From an archaeon (GTDB lineage Archaea > Undinarchaeota > Undinarchaeia > Undinarchaeales > JBDRKL01): a stretch of 64,000 nt of DNA. The stretch spans positions 86,246 through 150,245 of the forward strand of contig JBDRKL010000004.1 of the NCBI GenBank assembly GCA_043814055.1. The letters run 5' to 3'. The notes under the pieces were generated by a model, which made no database searches, was not told the DNA's origin, and was given only the letters and a program-made list of their open reading frames with translations. A program made the position numbers and the translations under genes. Shown here piece after piece: positions 1 through 9,864 of the stretch (the first letter of the stretch is position 1; each line of letters opens with the position of its first letter).

Positions 1-314
1 GCCCCAAGCCCGCCATAGAGCTGCGGCGAGAGCATGTAGTAAGGCGCAGCTCCAACCAGCGCCATTATTGCGAAAGCACTGGCACCAAGAACCATAGCCC
101 GGCCAAGTGTCAAATGCCCTCGCTGGTAACGCTTGAACAGCGTGAATCCAAAACTAAGTGATATCACGGACGCGATTACATAAGGCAAGAACGGCTCACC
201 GTAGTAGACCGCGAGAATAACCGGGAGCAGAATTAAATTGCCTACAACCAGGAGAATTATGCCTAGGTAATGCAGTACTGTTGAAGCGAATTCAGGAGTT
301 ATCTTGGCTCTCAT
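1..314 (-). CDS. trkH: TrkH-family potassium uptake membrane protein (5' part, runs off the window)
   Basis: Manual translation MRAKITPEFASTVLHYLGIILLVVGNLILLPVILAVYYGEPFLPY... is hydrophobic; its ATG overlaps the trkA stop (TAATG). Confidence 0.8.
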   Translation of the reverse strand, partial: MRAKITPEFASTVLHYLGIILLVVGNLILLPVILAVYYGEPFLPYVIASVISLSFGFTLFKRYQRGHLTLGRAMVLGASAFAIMALVGAAPYYMLSPQLYGGLG

Positions 315-967
315 TATTTGACCAGTGACTTTATCACATCAGGCGCCGCCTTGCTCTTTGCGGTTATCCAGAGCAGGTCGCCGGCGTTAAGTGTTTCATC
401 GCCCTGCACTAGTATGATGTCCTCTTTCCTCTCTATCACGACTATTTTTGAATCCTTTGGCAGCCCGCACTTGTTCGCAGCCTTGCCCACTGCAGGCGAA
501 TTGTCAGTCAGGTAAAGCTCAAGAAGCTCCATCTTCCCGCCTGCCAAAGTCACAGCGGTCTTCGCGCCCTTTAGCCGGAAAGAGTTCATGAAATCACTGA
601 CAATTGAGCTTGTTACTGATATTGCACCATCAACCCCTGCCTGTATGAATAGGGTTTCATTCGCAGGATTATTTACTCGTGCGGCAATTTTTCCAACCTC
701 GGCTTTCTTCGCGAGGTGGCAAATCATCAAATTCACGTTGTCATCGTTGGTCAGCGCCGCGATCGCGTCCGCGCGGTCTATGCCCGCGTCCTTCATTATC
801 TTCGCGTTCGTGCCGTCGCCCTTGATTATGAGCGCGTCAAGCTCGTCAGCAAGCTCTTCTGCTCTCTCGTCGTCCTGCTCAATGATTACAACGTCCTCGT
901 TCTCCGCAACGAGCGTCTTCGCTAGAATCTCTCCTGTTTGCCCGCCGCCTACAATTATAACGTACAT
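314..967 (-). CDS. trkA: TrkA-family potassium uptake NAD-binding (RCK) protein
   Basis: N-terminal Rossmann motif IIVGGGQTG, GDGT, ALTNDDNVN, followed by an RCK_C domain. Confidence 0.92.
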   Translation of the reverse strand: MYVIIVGGGQTGEILAKTLVAENEDVVIIEQDDERAEELADELDALIIKGDGTNAKIMKDAGIDRADAIAALTNDDNVNLMICHLAKKAEVGKIAARVNNPANETLFIQAGVDGAISVTSSIVSDFMNSFRLKGAKTAVTLAGGKMELLELYLTDNSPAVGKAANKCGLPKDSKIVVIERKEDIILVQGDETLNAGDLLWITAKSKAAPDVIKSLVK

Positions 968-1062
968 ATTTCAGCATAAGGAGCTGGATTATAAAAGCTT
1001 TTGGCAGATAGAAAGCTATTTATAAACACATTTCTACATATACAACTCACTTAGTGATTCTT

Positions 1063-1338
1063 ATGCAGCACTCACGAGGATTCCGCGCAAAGTCAAGATA
1101 CAAGCTCAGTGGAGGGCGATTTTCAATAGCCGAGGCTTTGCAGGAGTTCAAACCGGGGGACAGAGTTCGTGTAAACATTAATCCAGCTGTGCACAAGGGT
1201 ATGCCTCACCCGCGCTTTCAGGCGGCGGACGGGTGCGTTGTGGAGAAGCGCGGCCGGTCCTTCAGGGTTGAGGTCAATATAGGCAATGCGACGAAGCAAA
1301 TACTGGTAAAACCAGAGCACCTTAAGCCGCTGAAATAG
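1063..1338 (+). CDS. rpl21e: 50S ribosomal protein L21e
   Basis: SRGFRAKSR, HKGMPHPRF and VKPEHLKP motifs; conserved rpl21e-rpoF-DUF655-ksgA order. Confidence 0.95.
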   Translation: MQHSRGFRAKSRYKLSGGRFSIAEALQEFKPGDRVRVNINPAVHKGMPHPRFQAADGCVVEKRGRSFRVEVNIGNATKQILVKPEHLKPLK

Positions 1339-1350
1339 GGGGAGTAAAAA

Positions 1351-1689
1351 ATGGTAGGAAAAAAAATATTATCTCAGAAAGCAGTGCCTCTTGTTGAGGT
1401 CCAGAAAATTGTGGAGACCCGCAAAAAAGAGGGCGAGCTCAGCTATGAACAGAACCTCACGCTGGAGTACTGCAAGAAATTCGCAAAGCTTAATCAAAAA
1501 GATACTGCGGCAGCTATCAAGGAGCTCATTGATCTTGAAAAAGTAACAGAAACACACGCCGTATCGCTCACTGACCTTATGCCAAATAACGAGGGTGAGG
1601 TAAAGCTTATTTTTGCCAAGGAACATTTTATCCTTGCTGAAGATGAAATCAGCAAGATTCTTGAGGTATTAGGCAAGTACAGGAAGTAA
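1351..1689 (+). CDS. rpoF: RNA polymerase subunit F (Rpo4)
   Basis: ELSYEQNLTLEYCKKFAKL and DLMP motifs; operon context. Confidence 0.92.
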   Translation: MVGKKILSQKAVPLVEVQKIVETRKKEGELSYEQNLTLEYCKKFAKLNQKDTAAAIKELIDLEKVTETHAVSLTDLMPNNEGEVKLIFAKEHFILAEDEISKILEVLGKYRK

Positions 1690-1690
1690 G

Positions 1691-2356
1691 ATGCCAACTG
1701 ACGAGAATGCGATTGTTTTGGACTATTTGGCCGAAGGGCGGGCAGACTCAAGCGTGCCGGGATACAAGCGCGAAAGGCGAGTAGCGCAGGTGCTTGGAAT
1801 TGATTACTTCAGCCTGCTTGAGATTTCAATCCGCGAAGATGACAGTGCTGCGCAGGGCGACCACATTTACATCGGCAAGGGAGTGCGCGACAAGGTTCAC
1901 CACATAATCAGGCGGCTCAACCACAGCGATTTGACCTCAACTGCAAAGGTTGAGCTTGAATATGTTCTTGAAAAGCTCGTGAAGACGAACGAGGCAAAGT
2001 TCGTGAAATTCTTCAACGAGTGCGGGTCATTGACAATGCGCCTGCACAGGCTTGAACTGCTCCCTGGCGTGGGGAAGAAGCACATGTGGGATATCACGAA
2101 AGCGCGCAGCGTGAAGAAGTTTGAGAGCTTCGCGGACATAGCGGAGCGCGTGAAACTGCTCCCAGGCCCAGAAAAGCTAATAGTCAAGAGAATCATATGG
2201 GAGCTAAAGGGCGAGGACGACAAGCTCAAGCCGATAAAGTACAAGATATTTGTGGGCGCGCAGCTTCTGCCTGGTGAGGCTGAAAAGCCAACTGCCAAAG
2301 CTGAGGAAAAGGAAAGTGGAGCTAAACCAGCTGAAAACCCTGCTGAATCAGAATAA
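1691..2356 (+). CDS. DUF655 family nucleic-acid-binding protein
   Basis: AIVLDYL, FFNECGSLTMRLHRLELLPGVGKK helix-hairpin-helix; operon context. Confidence 0.9.
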   Translation: MPTDENAIVLDYLAEGRADSSVPGYKRERRVAQVLGIDYFSLLEISIREDDSAAQGDHIYIGKGVRDKVHHIIRRLNHSDLTSTAKVELEYVLEKLVKTNEAKFVKFFNECGSLTMRLHRLELLPGVGKKHMWDITKARSVKKFESFADIAERVKLLPGPEKLIVKRIIWELKGEDDKLKPIKYKIFVGAQLLPGEAEKPTAKAEEKESGAKPAENPAESE

Positions 2357-3104
2357 CCTGAAGCTTTCTTCCAGGTTGGATCAGAACTTTTTATACGATT
2401 CTGAAATTCTTAAGCGCGAGGTTGAATACGCTGAGCTTTCAGCAGACGATGTTGTGCTTGAAATTGGGCCTGGAGTCGGAACTCTCACTGAGGAAATTCT
2501 GAAGAAAACAAAAAATGTCACAGTGATTGAAAAGGACGCAAAGTTCAAGCATATTCTTGAAAAGCTCGGTTGTAAAGTGATAATCGCGGACGCTATGGAA
2601 GTTGAATGGCCCATGTGCAGCAAGATTATCTCAAACCTTCCATACTCAATCTCAAGCCCATTAACTTTTAAAATCCTTGCGCAGGACATTGAACTCGCAG
2701 TGCTTTGCTACCAGAAGGAATTCGCGCGGAGAATGTCCGCGCGGCAGGGCGCAAAGGGCTACTCGCGGCTCAGCGTGAACTGCTACCTCCGCGCGGTTGT
2801 TGAGCTCAAGGAAGACATTCCAAAAGAGAAATACTTCCCAATTCCAAAGGTTGATTCCACAATTGTTAAATTAATTCCAAAAAGTGGCACAGTGCCGGAG
2901 CATTTTGACAGCATTTGCCGCGCGTTATTCCAGCACAAGAACAAGAAAGTACGCAACGCGCTGATGGATTCTGCGCACGAGATTGACAGCGACAAGGAAA
3001 AAGTCAAGGCCTGGGCTGAAGGGCTTTGGGAAATAAAAGACAGGAAAGTTACACAGCTCACGCCTGAAGAAGTTGTGGCGCTTGCTGGAAGTTGGACTAG
3101 TTAG
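2316..3104 (+). CDS. ksgA: 16S rRNA m6,2A dimethyltransferase KsgA/Dim1 (start uncertain; GTG 2316 preferred)
   Basis: DQNFL, VLEIGPGVG, SNLPYSIS and PKVDS motifs. Confidence 0.93.
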   Translation: MELNQLKTLLNQNNLKLSSRLDQNFLYDSEILKREVEYAELSADDVVLEIGPGVGTLTEEILKKTKNVTVIEKDAKFKHILEKLGCKVIIADAMEVEWPMCSKIISNLPYSISSPLTFKILAQDIELAVLCYQKEFARRMSARQGAKGYSRLSVNCYLRAVVELKEDIPKEKYFPIPKVDSTIVKLIPKSGTVPEHFDSICRALFQHKNKKVRNALMDSAHEIDSDKEKVKAWAEGLWEIKDRKVTQLTPEEVVALAGSWTS

Positions 3105-3143
3105 TGGAGAAAATATTTAACGAACCCAAACCATACTACAGTT

Positions 3144-3677
3144 ATGGAACTGCCAAAGCTGAAAGAATGCAGGGGTTGTGATAAGCATTGCTGCAGGGGT
3201 GGCGCACTTGTAACTCTGGCGGATGCTGAGCGGGTGCGCTCCGCAGCATGCAAATTATTTGGGGAAGAACTACTTCTTAAAGACATAGTCAACTGGGGGT
3301 GGTACAGGCCTCAGCTTGAGATAAAGACGCGCAAACAGAGTAAGCTTGTTGAGGAAAAGGACCGCTATTGCCTCTTCTTCTCCAAAGGCAGGTGCAGAAT
3401 ATACAAGGAAAAGCCGCTTTCGTGCAGCCTTTTTCCTTTCATAGTGAATGAAAGCGTCAGTGTATCCCTGAGATGTCCTGCACGGAAATCTGCGAAAAAA
3501 CTGCTCTCTCGCGGAGAATACCGGGCAAACGTGGAGCGCGTTGGGGGTATAATTAAGGCAGAGTACGCCAAGAGTGTGGGGCTCTTCAGCAGTATGAAGG
3601 GCAGGATAACGCTTGAACGGCTTGACAGGCTCAGAGCGAAGGATGAGCTGGCATACCTGAAGAGAATTATGGTTTAG
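3144..3677 (+). CDS. YkgJ/UPF0153-type cysteine cluster (CxxCxxCC) protein
   Basis: CRGCDKHCC...CLFF...CRIYKEKPLSCSLFPF. Confidence 0.8.
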   Translation: MELPKLKECRGCDKHCCRGGALVTLADAERVRSAACKLFGEELLLKDIVNWGWYRPQLEIKTRKQSKLVEEKDRYCLFFSKGRCRIYKEKPLSCSLFPFIVNESVSVSLRCPARKSAKKLLSRGEYRANVERVGGIIKAEYAKSVGLFSSMKGRITLERLDRLRAKDELAYLKRIMV

Positions 3678-3692
3678 GTTTTTTGGCAGTAG

Positions 3693-3752
3693 GACAGGAA
3701 AGTCATATCACTGAGCCCTGAGGAAATCATAACGCTTTCTGAGTCATTTTAG
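3693..3752 (+). pseudogene. Orphan remnant of a ksgA 3' end
   Basis: Translates DRKVISLSPEEIITLSESF*, aligning with the KsgA C-terminus DRKVTQLTPEEVVALAGSW. Confidence 0.7.
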
Positions 3753-3805
3753 TTATTTCGAAAATTTCCGAAAAGTATATAAATCACTATTTTCTACCTC
3801 TGCGC

Positions 3806-4297
3806 ATGGGAGAAAAGGAAGAGCTTGCTAACCTAAAGAAGGATGTAATCAACATATACTCCACAATCCCTGAAATGATGGGGATTAACCGCGCGCTTGG
3901 CGTTATATGGGCTACACTAGCTTTTGAGGGTTCATTGACGATGGCAGAGCTCTCGGAAAAAACCGGCTACTCGCTTTCAACTCTTAGCCCATACCTGAAA
4001 ACGCTTGATTTAATTGGCCGCATAGAGATCCGCAAGGAGGGCAAAGTAACAAAGTACCAGGCTTTGACTTCTATGCGCGAGATTATGGACAAAATGATGG
4101 CGTCAATTCAGCTGAAATTCTCAACCTGCATAGCTGCACTGAAACAGGCAGAAGCGCATCTCAATACAATGAAGAAAACCGAAGATGTTAAAAATACGCT
4201 TGAAGTAGTACGAAAGCTAAGAGAGGAGCAGGAAGGATGTTTTGATCATATGATGAAAAATCTTTCAAAAATGCCAGAGGGATCAATAAATGGCTAA
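3806..4297 (+). CDS. GbsR/MarR-like winged-helix transcriptional regulator
   Basis: GINRALGVIWATL...LTMAELSEKTGYSLSTLS HTH; heads an ABC operon. Confidence 0.8.
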   Translation: MGEKEELANLKKDVINIYSTIPEMMGINRALGVIWATLAFEGSLTMAELSEKTGYSLSTLSPYLKTLDLIGRIEIRKEGKVTKYQALTSMREIMDKMMASIQLKFSTCIAALKQAEAHLNTMKKTEDVKNTLEVVRKLREEQEGCFDHMMKNLSKMPEGSING

Positions 4298-4985
4298 GGA
4301 AAACATGTTTGAAATAAAGGACGTCTGCAAGACCTACATGATGGGTGATGTTGAGACCCGCGCAGTATGCAACGTGTCTGTAAATATCACGAAGGGCGAT
4401 TACACAGCAATAGTCGGCGCCAGCGGCTCAGGCAAGAGCACGCTGATGCACATGATTGGCTGCCTTGACACCCCAACCAGCGGAACCATACTCGTGGACG
4501 GCATTGACATCTCTGAAATGACCGAGGATGAACTAGCGCTGGTCCGCAGGGACAAAATCGGCTTTGTCTTCCAGTCATATAATCTTATAACAAGCTTCTC
4601 TGCGATAGAAAATGTCGCGCTCCCGCTCAGGTTCGCAGGAACCTCACGAGAAGCGGCTAACGCAAGGGCAGAAGATCTCCTTGAGAGTGTCGGTCTCGGC
4701 CACAGGATGAAGCACAGGCCGAACGAGATGTCCGGCGGGGAGCAGCAACGCGTTGCAATCGCCCGCGCAATAGTGAACGACCCTGATGTAATTCTCGCGG
4801 ACGAGCCAACGGGAAACCTTGACTCAACAGTCGGGGCTCAAATTTTTGACCTTCTAGAGAACCTGAACAAGAAAGAAAAGAAGACATTAATCATAGTCAC
4901 GCACGACGTGCACTTGGCCGAACGAATAGACAAGCAAATACGCCTAAAGGACGGTCAAATCATAAACAAGGGGGTTTCTATATGA
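4290..4985 (+). CDS. ABC transporter ATP-binding protein (LolD/MacB type)
   Basis: [32 protein letters not shown]. Confidence 0.95.
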   Translation: MAKENMFEIKDVCKTYMMGDVETRAVCNVSVNITKGDYTAIVGASGSGKSTLMHMIGCLDTPTSGTILVDGIDISEMTEDELALVRRDKIGFVFQSYNLITSFSAIENVALPLRFAGTSREAANARAEDLLESVGLGHRMKHRPNEMSGGEQQRVAIARAIVNDPDVILADEPTGNLDSTVGAQIFDLLENLNKKEKKTLIIVTHDVHLAERIDKQIRLKDGQIINKGVSI

Positions 4986-6133
4986 AGAAATTTTTGGTTT
5001 TAGCAATTGCATTAATGATGCTGGTGTCGGTAAGCGCTGTTTCAGCAGCCGAGGCTGACCTTAGGTTGTCCGGAGAAATTCCGGACGGCGCAGTCCAGCC
5101 AGGGGACAGTTTTACCCTGCGTTTGGTCTTTGATAACATTGGCACAACCGGAGCCACGAGCATTGACTATGAGATAATTGCCGGCTCTGCCATATCTGGG
5201 TATTCAACTGGGCACAGTGAAATCGGCGGCGTCCCTGCGGGAGAATCTCGAATAGTTAAAGTGCCGCTTACAGTTGCAAGCGATGCGAGCACTGGCGCCC
5301 ACCCGCTAACCGTCAAGGTTAGGTACGGCGGCGGTTCAAACTCGCCGTTACAGGAAGAGTTCACTGTGCAGGTTGGCAACCGTGCTGACTTATATCTGCA
5401 GAACATCTGGCTTGAGCCCGAAGTTTTTGAGCCAGGTTCAGATGTAACACTTTACGCAAGCTTCAAGAACGTTGGCGAGGACGCTGCAAGAAAAGTCTCT
5501 GCAGTGATTGTGGCGAACTCAACTGACATAAAGCCAGTCCTATCCGGCGGCGAGGCGTATGTGGACATAATAGGCAAGGGTAGCACAAAGGCGCTTCCTT
5601 TCACAATAGCTGCAGAGAGTGGAACCAGCACCGGAATGTACGATGCCACCATAACCGTGAACTACGAGGACTCAACAGGAGTATCAGCTAGCGAAGAGTT
5701 TGACATAGGAATTCCTGTTTCCGGAACTCCAAGCCTGGAAATCCTAAACACCAAGATAGAAACAGGCGAGTACAAGATTGAGGTGCAGAACCTCGGAACT
5801 TCAAAGGCAAAAGCAATCAAGGTAACCCTGCGCCAGGACGGCCAGATTGTCGGCGTTGACATTGAGAACGAGATAAAAGCTGACAAGAAGAGCACTTTCC
5901 GCTTTACAGCCTACACTGCGGGTGTTGGTGAAGTGACAATGGAGTACCTTGACGAAGAGAATCGCGAATACAGCGAGACGATTCCTGTTTCAATCAGCGG
6001 CTCTGCAAGCGGAGGCTCAGGTGCCAGTGGTATAATTTTCTTCCTAATTGCTGTTGTTGAAGGAATATACATCTACAAGCTGAGAAAGAAGCTCAAGAAA
6101 CAGAATAAGCAGGAAAAACAGCAGAAGAAGTAA
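4982..6133 (+). CDS. COG1361-like secreted Ig-domain protein with C-terminal membrane anchor
   Basis: Signal peptide, repeated PG...NxG Ig-like modules, C-terminal TM plus basic tail; typical partner of MacB-type ABC systems in archaea. Confidence 0.75.
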   Translation: MKKFLVLAIALMMLVSVSAVSAAEADLRLSGEIPDGAVQPGDSFTLRLVFDNIGTTGATSIDYEIIAGSAISGYSTGHSEIGGVPAGESRIVKVPLTVASDASTGAHPLTVKVRYGGGSNSPLQEEFTVQVGNRADLYLQNIWLEPEVFEPGSDVTLYASFKNVGEDAARKVSAVIVANSTDIKPVLSGGEAYVDIIGKGSTKALPFTIAAESGTSTGMYDATITVNYEDSTGVSASEEFDIGIPVSGTPSLEILNTKIETGEYKIEVQNLGTSKAKAIKVTLRQDGQIVGVDIENEIKADKKSTFRFTAYTAGVGEVTMEYLDEENREYSETIPVSISGSASGGSGASGIIFFLIAVVEGIYIYKLRKKLKKQNKQEKQQKK

Positions 6134-6139
6134 AACAAG

Positions 6140-7243
6140 ATGCTTGACCTTGCCCTTAGGGACCTAACCAGCCACAAGCTTAGAAGCTTTCTGACCGTCC
6201 TAGGTGTAATCATAGCAATTGCCGCCATAGTGTCCCTGGGCTCTTTCACTGCCGGAATAAACGAGCTTGTTCAGGGTCAGGCTGAGATGGTATCTGGAAA
6301 GATATTGCTCACCCAAGAGGGGGCTAGTACTATGCAAGGTCCTCCTTCTGGCGAGATAACAACAGACGATTTGGACGAAATCCGGCAGATGGACGGTGTT
6401 GACGCTGTTGCAGGTCTATTTCTCAAGCAGTCCGGCCAGCGAATGCTGGTCGGCGTTGACTTTGACAATATGGAACTCCTTGAGATGGACGAGATAAAAA
6501 TGGAGGAGGGGGATTGGCCAGAGGCTGGAGATTACAAAATTGCTGTTGGCCACACGGTTTCTGAAACCTCCAATCTTGGAATAGGAGACACGGTCAAGTT
6601 TGAGGATACCGAGCTTGAGGTCTCTGGAATTGTGGAAGAGCTCGGCACATTCATAGACCTGGGCATGATAACTTCTTTAGAAATCGCGCAGGAAGCTTTT
6701 GATGCCAAAGATGTGGTGACAATGGCTTACGTGAAGCCGAATGACATTTCAGACGTTGAGAGCATAGTTGAGGATATTGAAGAGGAGTTTTCAACAATTA
6801 ACGCAGGAACAGTTGAGGAAGAGATAGAGAAGGCGCAGGAGGGGATAAGGCAGATACAGCTCATAACACTCAGCATCGGCTTTATCACTTCGCTCGTAGC
6901 GGCAATCGGAATCATAAACACGATGTTCATGTCAATCACTGAGAAGACCAAGCAAATAGGCATAATGAAAGCAGTTGGCGCCAGCCACAGGGACATAATC
7001 ATGGATGTTCTCCAGCAGGCGCTTCTGATGTCATTTTTCGGCGGGTTCGTTGGAGTTATGATTGGTTTAATAGGCACAGCTGGCGTGAACGCGGCAATGG
7101 GAATGCCGCTCGCGCGCGTGACTTGGTCTTTAGCGCTCTACAGTTTCTCTTACGGCGTGGTCCTTACGCTCGGCTCTGCGCTCTACCCAGCAATTAAAGC
7201 ATCCAAAATTGACCCAATCAAGGCAATACAGGGTGGTGCCTGA
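6140..7243 (+). CDS. ABC transporter permease (MacB/FtsX type)
   Basis: RSFLTVLGVIIAI, EKTKQIGIMKAVGA, PAIKASKIDPIKA. Confidence 0.92.
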   Translation: MLDLALRDLTSHKLRSFLTVLGVIIAIAAIVSLGSFTAGINELVQGQAEMVSGKILLTQEGASTMQGPPSGEITTDDLDEIRQMDGVDAVAGLFLKQSGQRMLVGVDFDNMELLEMDEIKMEEGDWPEAGDYKIAVGHTVSETSNLGIGDTVKFEDTELEVSGIVEELGTFIDLGMITSLEIAQEAFDAKDVVTMAYVKPNDISDVESIVEDIEEEFSTINAGTVEEEIEKAQEGIRQIQLITLSIGFITSLVAAIGIINTMFMSITEKTKQIGIMKAVGASHRDIIMDVLQQALLMSFFGGFVGVMIGLIGTAGVNAAMGMPLARVTWSLALYSFSYGVVLTLGSALYPAIKASKIDPIKAIQGGA

Positions 7244-8355
7244 TGATTCTGGACTCTACCCGCTCCGAGCTCACGCGGAACAAAACCAGGACAATGCTCA
7301 CAATAACTGGCATAGTAATTGGCATTTTGCTCATCACCACAATGGCCTCGCTCACTGAGGGAATCAAAGTCTCGCTTGACGAAAATATGGGCTTCCTTGA
7401 GGGTACAATAACAATAGTTGAGGACGCGGAAGGTATGAGCTTTATGAATTTTGTTATGATGAGCGAGCTGGATGAAGACATTGTTGAGGAGCTTGAGGCA
7501 TATGGCGAGATTGAGCAGGTGGCGCCAGTGCTTGTTGTAACCACTAGCGAAGGTACTGTCCAGGGTATGAACTGGGGTGATATGAATATGTTTGATGGCT
7601 TTGACATCGGTTTCCAATCCGGTGGGCCATATGAAGATGATTCCAATGAAATAATAATTGGAAGCATGATTTACGAGAACTATGACTATGACGTTGGTGA
7701 TATCATCCGATTCTCTGGCGAGAATTTTGAAATAGTTGGAGTCCTGGAATCTGTTGGGAATCCACAGGACGACAGTTCAGTGATGACCTCTGTTAAAACC
7801 GCTCAGAGAATAGGGGGCAAGGAAGGTATTCTAACTGCGGTAATGGCGAAAGTTTCCGACCCTGAGGAGGCCGAAAGCATAGCAGAGAAGATAGAAGAGG
7901 ACTTTGACGATGTAATCGCGCTGGTTGACAAGGACATTCAGCGCGAAGCTGGGAAGATGCTCGCGCAGATAAACGCAATGATTTACTCAATCGGCGGCAT
8001 CGCATCCATGATTTCAATAATAGTCATAATGAACGTGATGTTCATGAGCGTCCGCGAGCGCACACGCGAAATCGGAACTATGAAAGCCATCGGAGCCACA
8101 AACCGGCAGATTCTTCTTGAAATAATGGGCGAAGCAATAATCATGGGTTTCATAGGCGGCTTGATTGGGCTTGGCCTAAGTTTCCTGGCTGTAATGGCAG
8201 TGAACGCAGCGATTGGCAGCCAGATGGCGCTCATATCACCTCGGCTTGCAGCAATGTCAATCAGCTTCGCCTGCGTCATAGGTCTTATTGGAGGCGCGCT
8301 TCCTGCGAGGCAGGCGGCCAGGCTTGACCCGATTGTGGCGCTAAGATACGAATAA
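7243..8355 (+). CDS. ABC transporter permease (MacB/FtsX type)
   Basis: ERTREIGTMKAIGA, PARQAARLDPIVALRYE. Confidence 0.92.
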   Translation: MILDSTRSELTRNKTRTMLTITGIVIGILLITTMASLTEGIKVSLDENMGFLEGTITIVEDAEGMSFMNFVMMSELDEDIVEELEAYGEIEQVAPVLVVTTSEGTVQGMNWGDMNMFDGFDIGFQSGGPYEDDSNEIIIGSMIYENYDYDVGDIIRFSGENFEIVGVLESVGNPQDDSSVMTSVKTAQRIGGKEGILTAVMAKVSDPEEAESIAEKIEEDFDDVIALVDKDIQREAGKMLAQINAMIYSIGGIASMISIIVIMNVMFMSVRERTREIGTMKAIGATNRQILLEIMGEAIIMGFIGGLIGLGLSFLAVMAVNAAIGSQMALISPRLAAMSISFACVIGLIGGALPARQAARLDPIVALRYE

Positions 8356-8404
8356 AAACTTATTTAAAGCGCGGTTCTCTAGCTTTCTCAAGGAGGTAAT
8401 TAAA

Positions 8405-8740
8405 ATGACAGATTTACCAAATGCACCAATTAAGAGGATTATGAACAAGGCAGGCGCAGAGAGAATGTCAGCAAGCGCAGTTGTGAAAGCAGCAGAGGCA
8501 GCCGAATCATACCTTGCAGACCTTGCAAAGCAGGCACTGGACAACGCAGCAAACGACAGGCCGGCACGCAAGACCATCATGGACAAGGACATTGACGCCG
8601 CGCGCGAAGCACTCAGGAGCGGGGCAAGCTTCTCAGCACCAGTTCCATCAGAGCCAGTTGCAGAAGAGAGCTCAGAGCCAGCAGCTGAAGCATCAGCAGA
8701 ATCTTCAGAATCCGCAACAGAAGAGAGCACGAGCTTCTAA
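8405..8740 (+). CDS. Archaeal histone (HMf-like fold) with acidic C-terminal extension
   Basis: LPNAPIKRIMNKAGAERMSASA...RKTIMDKDI; RBS GGAGGT upstream. Confidence 0.88.
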   Translation: MTDLPNAPIKRIMNKAGAERMSASAVVKAAEAAESYLADLAKQALDNAANDRPARKTIMDKDIDAAREALRSGASFSAPVPSEPVAEESSEPAAEASAESSESATEESTSF

Positions 8741-8793
8741 GAAATTTTTTAATTCGGGAATTTATGCCTAGCGTGAGCTGAGGGCTTATTTTG

Positions 8794-9549
8794 CTAGTCT
8801 ATTTTCCCAAGCATCCTGAGAACCCCGCCTAGCTCGCCTGCAGTCGGGGTATATGAGCGTACGCAGTCAATCGCGCAGAGCGCGCCTGTGAAGAAGGATT
8901 TCCGCAGTTCATCCATAAGTTCCTCAATTTCAAGTTTGTCCTTATCAGACCGCGTTATTGAGTGAACATATTTACGTGTGCAGTTTTTTATTTCATCAAG
9001 CATTTCAGTAGAATTGTCTGGTTTTGGGGTTTTGCCAAGTTTAGCGCCTGCCTCTTCTACCAACCCTTTAAGTTTCGTGGTTTCTGCGTTGTCCACATTT
9101 GAATCCTTCAGTATCTTTATAGCTGCAAACACTCCCCCTATAAAAAACCTGTTGTTCCTCGCGCGCCTTTTGTCTAAAAGCACGCTGATTATCGCCTCTT
9201 CTACTAGCATGAGCTTTTTGACGCCTTTCTCTGCCTTCATCTCTTCCAGCTGCTTTACCATTTCCTGATGCTTTTTTACCTCCTTCTCCCCGTCCGCAAC
9301 ATCAAGATAGAATGCAAGGCTGTAATGCTCACTCCTCAGTATTTTTCTCGCCTCTTCGCACGCTTTCTGGAGGCTCTCCGCTCTGCCTCTAGTTTCGCCT
9401 ATCCTTTTGTCCATCTTACGGAGCTCTTCCCGTATTACTAATACCCAAGCCAGATTCTCCTTTAGGCTCTGCTTGCTGTCAATAAATATCCTGTTCGCAA
9501 TAGCATATTGGCCTTCAAGCTGCCTGAATAAGTCGCCTGCGTTGGTCAT
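8794..9549 (-). CDS. Hypothetical coiled-coil protein
   Basis: 251-aa ORF filling the intergenic space; no recognised motif. Confidence 0.6.
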   Translation of the reverse strand: MTNAGDLFRQLEGQYAIANRIFIDSKQSLKENLAWVLVIREELRKMDKRIGETRGRAESLQKACEEARKILRSEHYSLAFYLDVADGEKEVKKHQEMVKQLEEMKAEKGVKKLMLVEEAIISVLLDKRRARNNRFFIGGVFAAIKILKDSNVDNAETTKLKGLVEEAGAKLGKTPKPDNSTEMLDEIKNCTRKYVHSITRSDKDKLEIEELMDELRKSFFTGALCAIDCVRSYTPTAGELGGVLRMLGKID

Positions 9550-9622
9550 AAATTATACGTGTATTCCCCTGCCTATAAACTTTCCCCAAAGTTTAATTAT
9601 TTGAAGAACTTATTCTTCTTTA

Positions 9623-9864
9623 ATGAAAGCTCCGCCTGGCCGCGGAGGTGGGCCACGTCGGGGGATGCTCGCTTCAGCACGCAGCTCGTGCTGAGGCATG
9701 CGCTGCGTGTCTCTGCATGCTGGCGCATGCAGATCACTCGATCCCCCATATTGAGAAAAACATGAAAGCACCAAACACTCCGCCTGGCCGCGGAGGATGG
9801 CGTCAGGGGCATTCGCTCCTTTCAGTCGCGAAGCCCCAATAGAGGTTTAGATGAAAGCACCAAA
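9623..9864 (-). mobile_element. Two tandem hairpin cassettes between copies of the nre start sequence
   Basis: ATGAAAGC at 9623; ATGAAAGCACCAAA at 9762 and 9851; the first two copies are followed by CTCCGC-N6-GCGGAG; homologous to inserts at 26476-26502 and 26532-26596. Confidence 0.75.
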
